A DNA stretch of 39,272 bases from positions 1-39,272 of the forward strand of contig CAYMEV010000028.1 in assembly GCA_964389675.1 (NCBI GenBank), in the 5' to 3' direction. A program made the translations under genes and the position numbers. This document shows positions 29,925-39,272 of this stretch, piece by piece (position 1 is the first letter of the stretch; every line of letters begins with the position of its first letter). Below the pieces are notes generated by a model. It had not been told where the DNA came from. It worked only from the letters and a program-made list of their open reading frames with translations, and searched no databases. Source of the stretch: an uncultured Candidatus Sumerlaeota bacterium (GTDB lineage Bacteria; CAYMEV01).

Positions 29925-30760
29925 AGACTGAAATATTTTTAAATCCGGTTTCATTTCTTGAAAAAGCAAAAAAATACCTTATCAGTGATGAGATAAAGCA
30001 CGGCCTGATGTTCAGCATAGCAGAAAGTCTTGTGAAAAATCCTTATAAATACTCACATGAAGATCCCTGGTTCTTTATTGCATATGACAGTGATGAGATC
30101 CAGGCAGCCTTTATCAGGACACCCCCTTATAATCTCATTGTATCATATTTCAGAGGAGACCTTGAGAGGATATCAGCTGCTGTCTGCGACGCTGTTGAAA
30201 TGCATTATGGGAGTATTCCCGGGATGGTTGGCGAATCATCTGCTGTAAAATACCTTGCAGATAAATACTGTATCAGAACAGGCAAAAGGATTTCAAAGGT
30301 TATGAACCAGAGGATATATAAGCTGGAAAAGCTGAATACATTGGAAATGCCGCAGGGAAGGTTCAGAAAGGCAGAGGAAAGAGACAGGGACATCCTTTCC
30401 CGGTGGTGCATAGCCTTTGCCAGAGAAGCAACAGGCAAGGATGAATCTGAGGATAAAGCCATTAACATGATAAGATCCGGAAGCCTGTTTGTCTGGGAAA
30501 CAGATACAGTTGTTACTATGGCTGCAAAGTGCAGGCCTCTTTTAAGCGGTGTAAGCATAAGCGAGGTATATACCCCTCCTGAGAACAGGAAAAAAGGCTA
30601 TGCTACTGCCTGTGTCCATCATCTCTCCAGGCATATACTTGATTCAGGATACAAGTACTGCACTCTCTACACAGACCTCTCCAATCCTGTATCCAACAGC
30701 ATATATCAAAAGATAGGATTTAATGCAATGCATGATTCAATCCAGATTGAATTTGAGTAA
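29921..30760 (+). CDS. GNAT acetyltransferase (FR47-like)
   Basis: VYTPPENRKKGYA, LYTDLSNPVSNSIYQKIGF; start moved to 29921 (GGAGG RBS, ATGA overlap). Confidence 0.9.
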   Translation: MKTEIFLNPVSFLEKAKKYLISDEIKHGLMFSIAESLVKNPYKYSHEDPWFFIAYDSDEIQAAFIRTPPYNLIVSYFRGDLERISAAVCDAVEMHYGSIPGMVGESSAVKYLADKYCIRTGKRISKVMNQRIYKLEKLNTLEMPQGRFRKAEERDRDILSRWCIAFAREATGKDESEDKAINMIRSGSLFVWETDTVVTMAAKCRPLLSGVSISEVYTPPENRKKGYATACVHHLSRHILDSGYKYCTLYTDLSNPVSNSIYQKIGFNAMHDSIQIEFE

Positions 30761-30790
30761 ACAGCACAGCGGTTCCATGTCCGGAGGACT

Positions 30791-31333
30791 ATGCTAAAAA
30801 GGCCTTTTTCAGAAATATTAGGATCACATTTCAGGCGCTATCCGTGTATGGGCATGCAGGATGTCTATAAACTTGCATACCAGGCCGCCTTGGGGTGTTC
30901 TCATGCATTTCCAGATAGAAAAAGCGCTGAAAGATCACTTAAAAATGAGATCTGCAATATGGGTAAAGGTACCAGTGAGCCTCTATGTGATATTATATCT
31001 CCTGATAATGAAATAGCCAGGATCCACCTCAGGCCATATATTGAAGAAAATCCGGATATTGCAGGGCTCCTGGATGCATTTGTCAGGACAGCAGAAAAAT
31101 TTAAAGGCAATACAGACAGGCTGTTATCATACTGGAATGAGATATGTGCCATGGCGGAAAGCAGTATGATTCCGTTTAGCATTAAAGAACTGGAGGGCTA
31201 TTTCTCAGAGATGAAACAATTGAATTTCCCCGCCACCAGCCATTCTGACAGCTATCGCGGGCTTTATCGCCCCGCTTACAGGGTGGTATGCACCAGGTTT
31301 CTTGCTCTGCAGGATATACAGAGACGCCTGTAA
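30791..31333 (+). CDS. Conserved hypothetical protein
   Basis: QDVYKLAYQA..G..H and HSDSYR..YRPAYRVV; RBS GGAGG. Confidence 0.75.
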   Translation: MLKRPFSEILGSHFRRYPCMGMQDVYKLAYQAALGCSHAFPDRKSAERSLKNEICNMGKGTSEPLCDIISPDNEIARIHLRPYIEENPDIAGLLDAFVRTAEKFKGNTDRLLSYWNEICAMAESSMIPFSIKELEGYFSEMKQLNFPATSHSDSYRGLYRPAYRVVCTRFLALQDIQRRL

Positions 31334-31566
31334 GGAGAATTATTTTACTCTAATCCTCCATGAAGAATAAGCATATATTTTATATGCAAATATTCTCCGG
31401 GCCTGATCTGCTCTTCTTTTTATTTTGCCTTCTCTTATAAGGTTATTCATATAAAAGAGCCAGAAAGCCTCAAATATTGTTTCAGGTATTTTTCCCAGCA
31501 TAAATGAAATAAATATATTTAGTTGATATAGTAAGTTAATTGTGTATAAATACACCTGGTATAAAT

Positions 31567-32019
31567 ATGAAAGATTATTTAATAAAGCTTTTCAATAAAT
31601 GCAACCGCAAGCCTACATTCATATTATTCTGTATTGGCATAATCCTGATTGTCCTGGCATTTATAGCAGGTATTTCAGATAATCCCCCGGGCATAATCCT
31701 CTGCTATTCAGGAATAACTGCCCTGATGCTGGGGTTTTTGCATCCCTGGCGCAGGATCAGGAATTACCTTTTCCTTTTGCTGGGTTCAGTTACAGGCTTT
31801 GCTGTTTTTGTCATACTGCATAATCTATTATATGCTTTAGCAGAGATCTTGAAGGATGTCTTCCTGTTAGCCCGGATACTTGGATTTATCCATATTCTGT
31901 TCTTTATTGCAGCCGTTCTGATATGCCCTGCAGGAATTCTTGCCGGCATTTTCGGAATTCTGATATTATGCTTTCGAAAGATGCTTAATAATTCAGGCAA
32001 TAAAAAGGAGAATACCTGA
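31567..32019 (+). CDS. Hypothetical membrane protein
   Basis: About four TM segments, GISDNPPG; ATG start chosen; stop coupled to the next gene. Confidence 0.7.
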   Translation: MKDYLIKLFNKCNRKPTFILFCIGIILIVLAFIAGISDNPPGIILCYSGITALMLGFLHPWRRIRNYLFLLLGSVTGFAVFVILHNLLYALAEILKDVFLLARILGFIHILFFIAAVLICPAGILAGIFGILILCFRKMLNNSGNKKENT

Positions 32020-32480
32020 TGAAGATGAGAAGGCATGACAGGAAAATAAGCAGTGATGAATGCATCAGGATACTCAATGCAAATGAATATGGCGTACTTT
32101 CCATGAGCACAAAAGAAAATGAAGGTTACGGCATACCACTCAATTATGTCTATTTGAATGATTCAATATATTTTCACTGCGCACTTAAAGGAAGAAAACT
32201 CAAAGAGATAAGCGATCATAATAAGGTATCCTTCTGCATTGTCGGCAGGACAGAAATTATTCCCCAAAAGTTTACATCCAAGTATGAAAGTGTTATTGTT
32301 TTCGGCAAAGCATCTGAGGTTAACGGAGAAGAGAAAAGAAATGCCCTGACAGCCCTTATAAAGAAATATTCAAAAGACTATCTGAGTGAGGGTATTGCAT
32401 ATATTGAAACAATGTTTGACATAACCAGGGTGTATAAGATTGAAATCTCAGAAATGACAGGAAAGGCCTCCAGGGGATAA
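32019..32480 (+). CDS. Pyridoxamine 5'-phosphate oxidase-family / Nim-like flavin-binding protein
   Basis: MRRHDR, YGIPLNYV, IYFHCA..G.K, YESVIVFG, TGK. Confidence 0.9.
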   Translation: MKMRRHDRKISSDECIRILNANEYGVLSMSTKENEGYGIPLNYVYLNDSIYFHCALKGRKLKEISDHNKVSFCIVGRTEIIPQKFTSKYESVIVFGKASEVNGEEKRNALTALIKKYSKDYLSEGIAYIETMFDITRVYKIEISEMTGKASRG

Positions 32481-32527
32481 AATCCCCCGGAGAAAAGCCA
32501 TATCACCTGTCATTAAAGATCCGCCAA

Positions 32528-32564
32528 TAGCCTGATTTAGTAAAATCTGCTAAGGATCAGGCTA
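32528..32564. terminator. Hairpin between convergent genes
   Basis: TAGCCTGAT...ATCAGGCTA arms with additional inner pairing. Confidence 0.55.
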
Positions 32565-32599
32565 ATTATTTCCCAATTATTGTATATATAATTTATCTG

Positions 32600-34051
32600 T
32601 TATTCCAGTGCCTTCTTTTCAGTTCTGTCAGGATAAATCAGTGTCAGAGCCACAAAGATTACCAGGGATACACAGATGCCGTAAAAGCTTGGATCCAGCT
32701 TAAGCGGCAATACCATCTTTTGGCCCAGCTTTTCCATTATTATAAGGAACAGGGCAGTACTGCCTCCTCCTATCATGCTGAAAAAGGCGGCAAGAGAAGA
32801 ACTTCTCTTCCAGAAATATGCACCGAGAGTAGGGATGAACAAGCCGGCTACCATAAATGAATATGCCAGGATAATAGCATCCAGTACACCGCTTTCAGTG
32901 ATCGCAAGTGAAATTGCAAAAACACCCAGTAATAGCGTTACCCCCTGTGATATAATTATATTTGCTTTATCAGAAAGCTTCCTTTTAATTACTGCTAAAA
33001 GAAGGTCATTTACAAAATTCCCTGATGATGCCATAAGGCATGAATCAGCAGTGGACATAATAGCAGAGAAATATGCCGAGATCACTATACCTGTGATGCC
33101 TATTGGCAGTACCCCCTGGATAAGCAACGGCAGTCCCATTTCAGGATCGACGCCTTCATAGAGCACCCTGCTGCACATTCCAAGGACAACACCCATAAAC
33201 GCCATGATCGGGTACTCGAAAATACCAGCAATAAACCAGGCCTTTTTTGCCTCTTTTTCGTTTTTGCATGCATAGATGCGCTGATAAAGGGTCATAGCAA
33301 TAAACCAGATGGGTATAATGGTAACCATCCAGTTAACAAACTGTCTTAATGAGACATTGAGCAAAGAAAGGTGTCCTGCAGGTACCAGTCTCTTCAGCTC
33401 GCTAATCCCCCCAATTTCATAAAGTGCAAATGGAATTGCAAGGAATATCAGGCCGATTAAAAGCACGATCCATTGTACGGTATCAGTGTAGATAACTGCT
33501 TTGATACCGCCTAAGACTGTGTATATGATAATAATTGCGCCGATTACCAGCAGTGAGAACTGAAATGAGGTCAGGCCGAAGGGCAGGTTCTTGATATCTA
33601 TTACAGCAGCTGAGAAAAGCTTCGCTCCGGCCAGTACCTGAGCACCTGTAAATCCCAGGTAGCCGATGCCTGATATTAAGGCAGCAACAATAGCTACTTC
33701 TTTAGAATACCTGTGTTTTAAGAAATCTGGGTAAGTGAGCATGCCAAGTTTTGTATCTATCTTTTTTACCTTCGGAATAATCAATACAGCAGAAACCCAC
33801 GCACCGATCAGGCCGGTGAATAAAAGCCAGCTGCCTGCCAGGCCCATAGCATAGCCAAGGCCCCCCAGCCCGATTGAGAATCCTCCGCCGACATCTGTTG
33901 CCACCACTGAAAGCCCGATATGGGATGCTGACATCTGCCGTCCTCCGACATAATAGTCCTCATTGCCTTTATTCTTAAAAAAGAAATAAAAACCAATGCC
34001 TAATATACCGATCATATACAAGGCGAATACAACAAAATCAATAAATGCCAC
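32600..34051 (-). CDS. Sodium:solute symporter (SSS) family protein
   Basis: DYYVGGR, YTVLGGIKAVIYTDTVQ, AIMSTADS; GTG start with AAGGAGG. Confidence 0.93.
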   Translation of the reverse strand: MAFIDFVVFALYMIGILGIGFYFFFKNKGNEDYYVGGRQMSASHIGLSVVATDVGGGFSIGLGGLGYAMGLAGSWLLFTGLIGAWVSAVLIIPKVKKIDTKLGMLTYPDFLKHRYSKEVAIVAALISGIGYLGFTGAQVLAGAKLFSAAVIDIKNLPFGLTSFQFSLLVIGAIIIIYTVLGGIKAVIYTDTVQWIVLLIGLIFLAIPFALYEIGGISELKRLVPAGHLSLLNVSLRQFVNWMVTIIPIWFIAMTLYQRIYACKNEKEAKKAWFIAGIFEYPIMAFMGVVLGMCSRVLYEGVDPEMGLPLLIQGVLPIGITGIVISAYFSAIMSTADSCLMASSGNFVNDLLLAVIKRKLSDKANIIISQGVTLLLGVFAISLAITESGVLDAIILAYSFMVAGLFIPTLGAYFWKRSSSLAAFFSMIGGGSTALFLIIMEKLGQKMVLPLKLDPSFYGICVSLVIFVALTLIYPDRTEKKALE

Positions 34052-34255
34052 TAAAAAATCTCCTCCTTGATGATGAATTAATATAAATTTTATTATAACA
34101 GAGCATAAACATATGTCAAATGCCGTAAAAATTTACGATTTTTATCGATGTTCTGCAGAAATTAACCTTTTATTATTGAAATGGGATAAACCCTCTATTA
34201 TATTCTGCATATATAATTGGAAAGGGGAGCCTGCTGCAAAGCAGAATATTTGCAT

Positions 34256-35002
34256 ATGAATACAGTACTTGATCTGATAAAGGAAAGAAAGTCGGTCAGG
34301 CAGTTTGAAAAAAGCCCAATTAAACCTGACATCAAAAGAGAGATCCTCAGTTCTGCCTATGAGGCTCCAACAGCGGGCAATATGATGCTCTATACAATTC
34401 TGGACATTACAGATCAGAGCATCAAGGACAGACTGGCAGTCCTCTGCGATAATCAGCCTTTTATAGCTCAGGCGCCAATGGTGTTTGTATTTTTAGCAGA
34501 TTATCAAAGATGGCATGACACATTCGTCCATGCAGGGTGCAATCCCCGCAATCCAGGGGAAGGGGATGCAATGCTTGCCTGTGCTGATGCAGTCATTGCA
34601 GCGCAGAATACTGTTATTGCCGCGGAATCACTGGGAATCGGCTCATGCTATATAGGAGATATACTGGAGCAGTATGAGTCTGTCAAAGAATTACTGGAAC
34701 TGCCTGATTATGTTATTCCAGCTGCCATGCTCGTATATGGCTACCCCACAGAATCTCAGAAAAAAAGGATTAAGCCTGCAAGGTTTGAGGCAGAGTATAT
34801 GACATTTGAAAATACCTACAGAAGGCAATCCGGCAAAAGCCTTGAAGAAATGCACCAAAAAAGAAACAAAAAAAGAGGTATTTCAGAAATAAGCCTGAAT
34901 GATGACATAAAAGCCTTCTGTGAAAGAAAATATAACAGCAGTTTTGCAAGGGAAATGACGAGGTCAGCAGCAAAGTACCTGAGTAATTTCAGGAAACAAT
35001 AA
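34256..35002 (+). CDS. Nitroreductase family protein (NfsA-like)
   Basis: RKSVRQF, APTAGN, AAESLGIGSCYIG, GYP; ATG at 34256 preferred over TTG at 34217. Confidence 0.9.
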   Translation: MNTVLDLIKERKSVRQFEKSPIKPDIKREILSSAYEAPTAGNMMLYTILDITDQSIKDRLAVLCDNQPFIAQAPMVFVFLADYQRWHDTFVHAGCNPRNPGEGDAMLACADAVIAAQNTVIAAESLGIGSCYIGDILEQYESVKELLELPDYVIPAAMLVYGYPTESQKKRIKPARFEAEYMTFENTYRRQSGKSLEEMHQKRNKKRGISEISLNDDIKAFCERKYNSSFAREMTRSAAKYLSNFRKQ

Positions 35003-35986
35003 AGAATAGCTTAAAGCGTCTCCATAACGATCCAGAAGATCAGACATATGTCTTATGACATTTTCCAGTGTAAATGGCCTCTGGCATTTCATAGCATTTC
35101 TGCATTGCCTTATCTGCCTACAGGGGCGGCACTCCAGGCTGTTATCCTCAATCACTCGAATATTATCTGAAACAGGAGCACAGATAGATGCGGGATTCGG
35201 CCCGAAAAGCCCTATGGAAGGCACACCGAGTGCCGATGCTATATGCAGGATGCCGCTGTCTGAGCCAATGAACAGGTCACTGAGCAAAAGAAGGGTCTTT
35301 AACTGAGCCAGTGATGTTTTCTTATATATTGCATGGTTACCCGTTTTCTGCACTATTTCTTTTGCCCTTCCTGTTTCATCACCCACAAGGATCGCAGAAT
35401 AGTTTTTCATCTTACAGAACATTGAGATATCTACTATCAGCTGTTTGGGAAGCATCCTTTTTTCATTCCCTGCGCCTATATGGATGGTAATTATCCTTCT
35501 GCTGTTTTTTCTGCATTTTTCAGCGAAGCTTTTTATTTCTTCATCAATATATGGATATAAAAATGGTCTGCCATAGTTATTTCTTCTCACAGGATCCAGA
35601 TAATCAACAATCGGGTAATAGTCCTTAACTATATTATTATGCATCTTCTTGGGCAATACCACATCATAATGGATCCTTCTGATAAATTTCTGGAGCATGG
35701 TCCTGTACCGCCCTATAATGACATAAGCATTGATCTTTTTTATCTGCTTAGCTGTATGCCTGGTGGATGTTATATCAATGACAAGGTCGAATCTTTCAGT
35801 AGATAATTCTTTCCCGCTGATGATATTAATATCTTTGTCACCCTTAAATAAAGAAGCTTTATCCCTGTCAGTATAGAAATATACCTTTATATTATTTGCT
35901 TTAAGATGTTCTGCAAGCAGTGTGCTGGAGACGATATCACCAAGGCCTGATATATTGTAGATCAGTGCTTTCCTTAAATCAGTCAT
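34964..35986 (-). CDS. Glycosyltransferase family 9 (ADP-heptose:LPS heptosyltransferase-like)
   Basis: GLGDIV, FIGSDSGILHIASALGVPSIGLFGP, C.PC. Confidence 0.9.
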   Translation of the reverse strand: MTDLRKALIYNISGLGDIVSSTLLAEHLKANNIKVYFYTDRDKASLFKGDKDINIISGKELSTERFDLVIDITSTRHTAKQIKKINAYVIIGRYRTMLQKFIRRIHYDVVLPKKMHNNIVKDYYPIVDYLDPVRRNNYGRPFLYPYIDEEIKSFAEKCRKNSRRIITIHIGAGNEKRMLPKQLIVDISMFCKMKNYSAILVGDETGRAKEIVQKTGNHAIYKKTSLAQLKTLLLLSDLFIGSDSGILHIASALGVPSIGLFGPNPASICAPVSDNIRVIEDNSLECRPCRQIRQCRNAMKCQRPFTLENVIRHMSDLLDRYGDALSYSLLFPEITQVLCC

Positions 35987-36225
35987 TCCTGTAAATAGAT
36001 ATAAACATGATAAACTAAATTCATATAAAACATAATTTATTTTTTGTCACTAAAAATTTATTGTTTATTCGGTTAATTTATTGAATAGGCTCCAGCTTAT
36101 AATCCAGTAAATATAATAAATGTCTCTATAGAAATTTTAAAGTATCAGCAAAGGCTACCGTTTTTGATCACTGATCATATATTTTATCGGAAATTTTATG
36201 TAATATGGCTGATCAGACGCAAGTA

Positions 36226-36291
36226 TCAGATATACCCGAGGGCTTTGATATGGTTCAGTGTCTTATCATCCTGATCATCATAGGAGATCCT
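36226..36291 (-). pseudogene. Possible C-terminal remnant of a sulfatase/alkaline-phosphatase-superfamily gene
   Basis: RISYDDQDDKTLNHIKALGYI* resembles the L(K/R)ALGYI terminus. Confidence 0.45.
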
Positions 36292-36419
36292 CTAGCTTTG
36301 CTAATTATTCTGTTGAGAGCATTCTATGATTGGTAGCAGTTATCAGTAGTCTTATATTCAGTTCGGGGAAATTAATTCAGGATGCAAATTTCTTATGGTA
36401 ATCTGTATTAAACGTTATC

Positions 36420-39173
36420 CTATCGATTGCTATTATTAGTAATATCGGGAAATGCTATTTCAAAGCAGTTGGATTCTAATTTGTAAATAGTATTTCCTGT
36501 TTTCTTGTCTATCGCTGTTAAAAATACTGAATCCTCACTTGTTCCTCCTGTACTATATATATACAGTGCATTATTATACATTTCCATTACTGCATCTGTC
36601 AGGCCGAATTCTCTTCCCCATAGAAAATCGCAGGTCTTAACATCCCATACATGCAGCCATTCCCATCTTTTTTTCTCTTCTTTCCAGAATTGTTCTGACA
36701 TAACGGGCATGTCAGTGCCAATAAAAAGAAGGCCTGAATTGATTATGAATTGAAGATAATATGGGCGCTTAGGAGTGGAAAAAGGCGAAGCATGATGCCA
36801 GAGATAATCCTGCAATACAAATAATTCTATGCCGCTTTGCAGATCTAAGCAATGAACAGCAAATCCACCAGATTCAGTATGAGATGAGAAATACATCATA
36901 TTGTCTTCTATATATAAATTTTTAAGAATTCTGCCTGGAGTCTTATATATCCATCTGCCTTTCCCAGAATAGGCATCTACAGCATAAATGCTATAATTCC
37001 AAGTCCCGAAATATACGATATCGCCATAAACTGCTGGTGATGTATTAATACCACCATCTGCACTGAATTTCCAGGAAATACCTCCATCAGCAGTGTCTAC
37101 AGCATATAAAAAGCCCTGGTCTGTAGTAAAATATAACATATTATTATAAACAATAGGTTTAGAGTATACATTTCCCGTTATATTAATCTGCCATTCCTTT
37201 TGCCCGTTCATCAGGTTAATTGAAGTAAACATACTATCAGCGTCATTAGAGCAGGCGATTTCATTATCGCACACTGAGCCTATATAAATTTTATCCTTGT
37301 TTATTAGCGGAGGTGAATTAAAAACCTGATTGCCCAGGTCGTATCTCCATAATTCATCTCCCGTGGATATATTAACAGCACAATAATAATTGTTCATAAT
37401 ACCTGGTAACTGGGGAATTTTATTAGAATTATTGTATGATTCTCTTATCATGCCCCTTTCAACAAGTAGTATATCATTGTAAAGCACCAAGGATCTTTTA
37501 AAAAGTGTAAGAAACCAGCCATCATCAGTAGATTTGCCCAATTCTCCTTTTACATAGCTTATTTTTTCCCCAGTGTTTATATCAAAGGTTATAATATGGT
37601 TCATTATTATATCTGTCTTAAAATAGGAGGCTTCAGTCTCTTTTTTGCTAAGTTTGTTGAACATTTCATACAGGACTATTCTATTTTTTGAAAGCACATA
37701 TGATGAGTTTGACTCTAATTTGCTTCCAATGATATTGAAATTATAACAAAGATTCAAAAACTTAGATTTCTCATATACAGGCAAATTCCATCTATATTTT
37801 GCCTGCTCGCCTGCAACCTTAAAAATAGAGTAATGATCATTAGGATCATTACTCCGGGAACAAAAATATAGTATTTCATCAGAGATTGCTACAGGAGAAT
37901 TGAAAAAATTATTGCTGTTCAAAAAGGATATAACTTCCCCGTTTTCTATTGAGATAGCATCTACTGAACCAAACTGATGATTTTCAGAAGTTGAATTAAT
38001 GTTAATTGCATGGATTAGATCTTCTGTTGCTATTACCTGGACAATATTTACCGGGATATTGTACCCTTCATATTCTATTTGCAGTTCCCAATCCAATGAC
38101 CCATCTTTAGCATTCAGTGAATAGAAATAATCATCTCCACTGAAAAAGACTCTTCCCCTGATAACAGCACATGGAGAGATGTGCTCATATGGCCCTGCGT
38201 CCCATATCTGCTTTCCTGTTCTGCAGTCAAAAGCATATAGCTTTCTGTCACCTATTAATATAATCCCTTCATATATTACAGGGGATCTATATGTACTGTG
38301 TTCCATCTTATTTGTCCATATATGCTCCCCGTCAATGCTTAATGCGTAAAGACAGCTATCCTGGCTGTTTATATATACTATATCTTCATATATTGCCGCA
38401 GAGGAGATTATATAAGCATTTGTTTTGAACTGCCATATCATTTCTCCAGTTTTTACATCAAGTTTATAGAGATTCCCATCTATACTTCCGATATACAGGG
38501 CATCTTTATATATCTTGGGAGAAGAGAAGTGCGGTCCTGGTATTTCAGTCTTCCATTTTATATCTCCATTGGTTTTATCAAGAGCATATACATACCCAGT
38601 TCTGTCTCCAAAATATATGGTATCTCTGTAAATAGCAGGAGAAGAGAATATGAGCATGCCATAATTGTAGTGAGAAACTTCAGGGTATGTCAGCAAATAG
38701 TGATCTTCTGCTTTTTTTGAATAAGGATGTTCTCGGTCATATTCAGGTACTTCAAATATCCATTTTTCCTCATTACTGTAGATATCATAGGCATAAAAAC
38801 AGCCATTAGTGCTTATAAAATATATTACATCTTCATTTACCAGAGGTATTGTCCTGATACCTCCCCCGTTTTTGATCCTGTAAATAAGATCAGGATCTTT
38901 AAGATACCCGCTATCATCATAAACATAATCCTGGGAAATATTTCTGATTCCATTACCTGGGAACCATCCCATATTCTGGATATCAGCATTAAACTGAGCA
39001 GCATTATCTGGATTGCAAACCTTCCATATACCATCCGTACAAACGGTATGTAGTTCTTGTTTTCTTGGGTTTGACAAATAAGAATTGCTCTTAGGCAAAA
39101 ATTTGAAGAAGCAGTATATTGTGAAAAACAACAAAGCAAAAACAATAAATATTATAAAGTACCTGTTCTTCAC
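36420..39173 (-). CDS. Large PQQ-like/BamB-type multi-beta-propeller protein, N-terminally anchored
   Basis: SSPAI....YFG...G.VYALD..G..KW repeats in two blocks; GTG start. Confidence 0.88.
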   Translation of the reverse strand: MKNRYFIIFIVFALLFFTIYCFFKFLPKSNSYLSNPRKQELHTVCTDGIWKVCNPDNAAQFNADIQNMGWFPGNGIRNISQDYVYDDSGYLKDPDLIYRIKNGGGIRTIPLVNEDVIYFISTNGCFYAYDIYSNEEKWIFEVPEYDREHPYSKKAEDHYLLTYPEVSHYNYGMLIFSSPAIYRDTIYFGDRTGYVYALDKTNGDIKWKTEIPGPHFSSPKIYKDALYIGSIDGNLYKLDVKTGEMIWQFKTNAYIISSAAIYEDIVYINSQDSCLYALSIDGEHIWTNKMEHSTYRSPVIYEGIILIGDRKLYAFDCRTGKQIWDAGPYEHISPCAVIRGRVFFSGDDYFYSLNAKDGSLDWELQIEYEGYNIPVNIVQVIATEDLIHAININSTSENHQFGSVDAISIENGEVISFLNSNNFFNSPVAISDEILYFCSRSNDPNDHYSIFKVAGEQAKYRWNLPVYEKSKFLNLCYNFNIIGSKLESNSSYVLSKNRIVLYEMFNKLSKKETEASYFKTDIIMNHIITFDINTGEKISYVKGELGKSTDDGWFLTLFKRSLVLYNDILLVERGMIRESYNNSNKIPQLPGIMNNYYCAVNISTGDELWRYDLGNQVFNSPPLINKDKIYIGSVCDNEIACSNDADSMFTSINLMNGQKEWQINITGNVYSKPIVYNNMLYFTTDQGFLYAVDTADGGISWKFSADGGINTSPAVYGDIVYFGTWNYSIYAVDAYSGKGRWIYKTPGRILKNLYIEDNMMYFSSHTESGGFAVHCLDLQSGIELFVLQDYLWHHASPFSTPKRPYYLQFIINSGLLFIGTDMPVMSEQFWKEEKKRWEWLHVWDVKTCDFLWGREFGLTDAVMEMYNNALYIYSTGGTSEDSVFLTAIDKKTGNTIYKLESNCFEIAFPDITNNSNR

Positions 39174-39186
39174 AAAAGCCCTCTCA

Positions 39187-39270
39187 TTATAGTGTGGATA
39201 CTGCTGTTATCTCACCATCACCGCTGTTTTCCCACAGGAGCTCAAGCAAACCGCTGTCAGATCTCCAGAG
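39187..39270 (-). CDS. 3' end of a gene entering from beyond the window
   Basis: Open frame LWRSDSGLLELLWENSGDGEITAVSTL* ending 13 nt before the next start. Confidence 0.5.
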   Translation of the reverse strand, partial: LWRSDSGLLELLWENSGDGEITAVSTL

Positions 39271-39272
39271 AT

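Noticed and set aside
31340-31555. Minus-strand 71-aa ORF and GCATATA-TTT-TATATGC palindrome
   Set aside because: No motif or RBS; a short AT-rich palindrome is plausible by chance
34964-35002. 39-bp convergent overlap of the nitroreductase and GT9 genes
   Set aside because: Short 3' overlaps are common and likely reflect a stop-codon extension
36205-36336. 43-aa hydrophobic plus-strand ORF as a small toxin
   Set aside because: No RBS, and it is antisense to the putative sulfatase remnant; no other support

Overview
AT-rich bacterial chromosomal window, probably from a diderm (lipoproteins, a GT9 heptosyltransferase-like gene). I see no rRNA, tRNA, CRISPR array, reverse transcriptase or transposase. 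The middle and right part (9.1-39 kb) is mostly accessory genes: a Cache lipoprotein with an NCS2 permease, MscS, an AmpC-type serine hydrolase, an SDR-aminotransferase fusion, an XRE operon, two SSS symporters, an amidohydrolase, a kinase-NTPase-TPR protein, a PA14-SGNH protein, YyaL, a GNAT, a Nim-like protein, a nitroreductase, GT9 and a PQQ-propeller protein, plus several short gene remnants. The most unusual part is 1-8.6 kb, a minus-strand tandem array of [secreted metzincin/FG-GAP protein + PQQ-propeller lipoprotein] units. The intact protease has an 8-bp repeat over its start codon that puts the RBS-proximal ATG out of frame. Two further 5'-truncated protease copies are missed by the ORF track. 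One is fused in frame behind a TAG that aligns to a Trp codon, and the other is a 29-codon tail joined to a truncated methyltransferase. Paralogs share perfectly identical internal blocks. This looks like a phase-variable, recombining surface/secreted-protein locus (inference). All alignments were done by eye.
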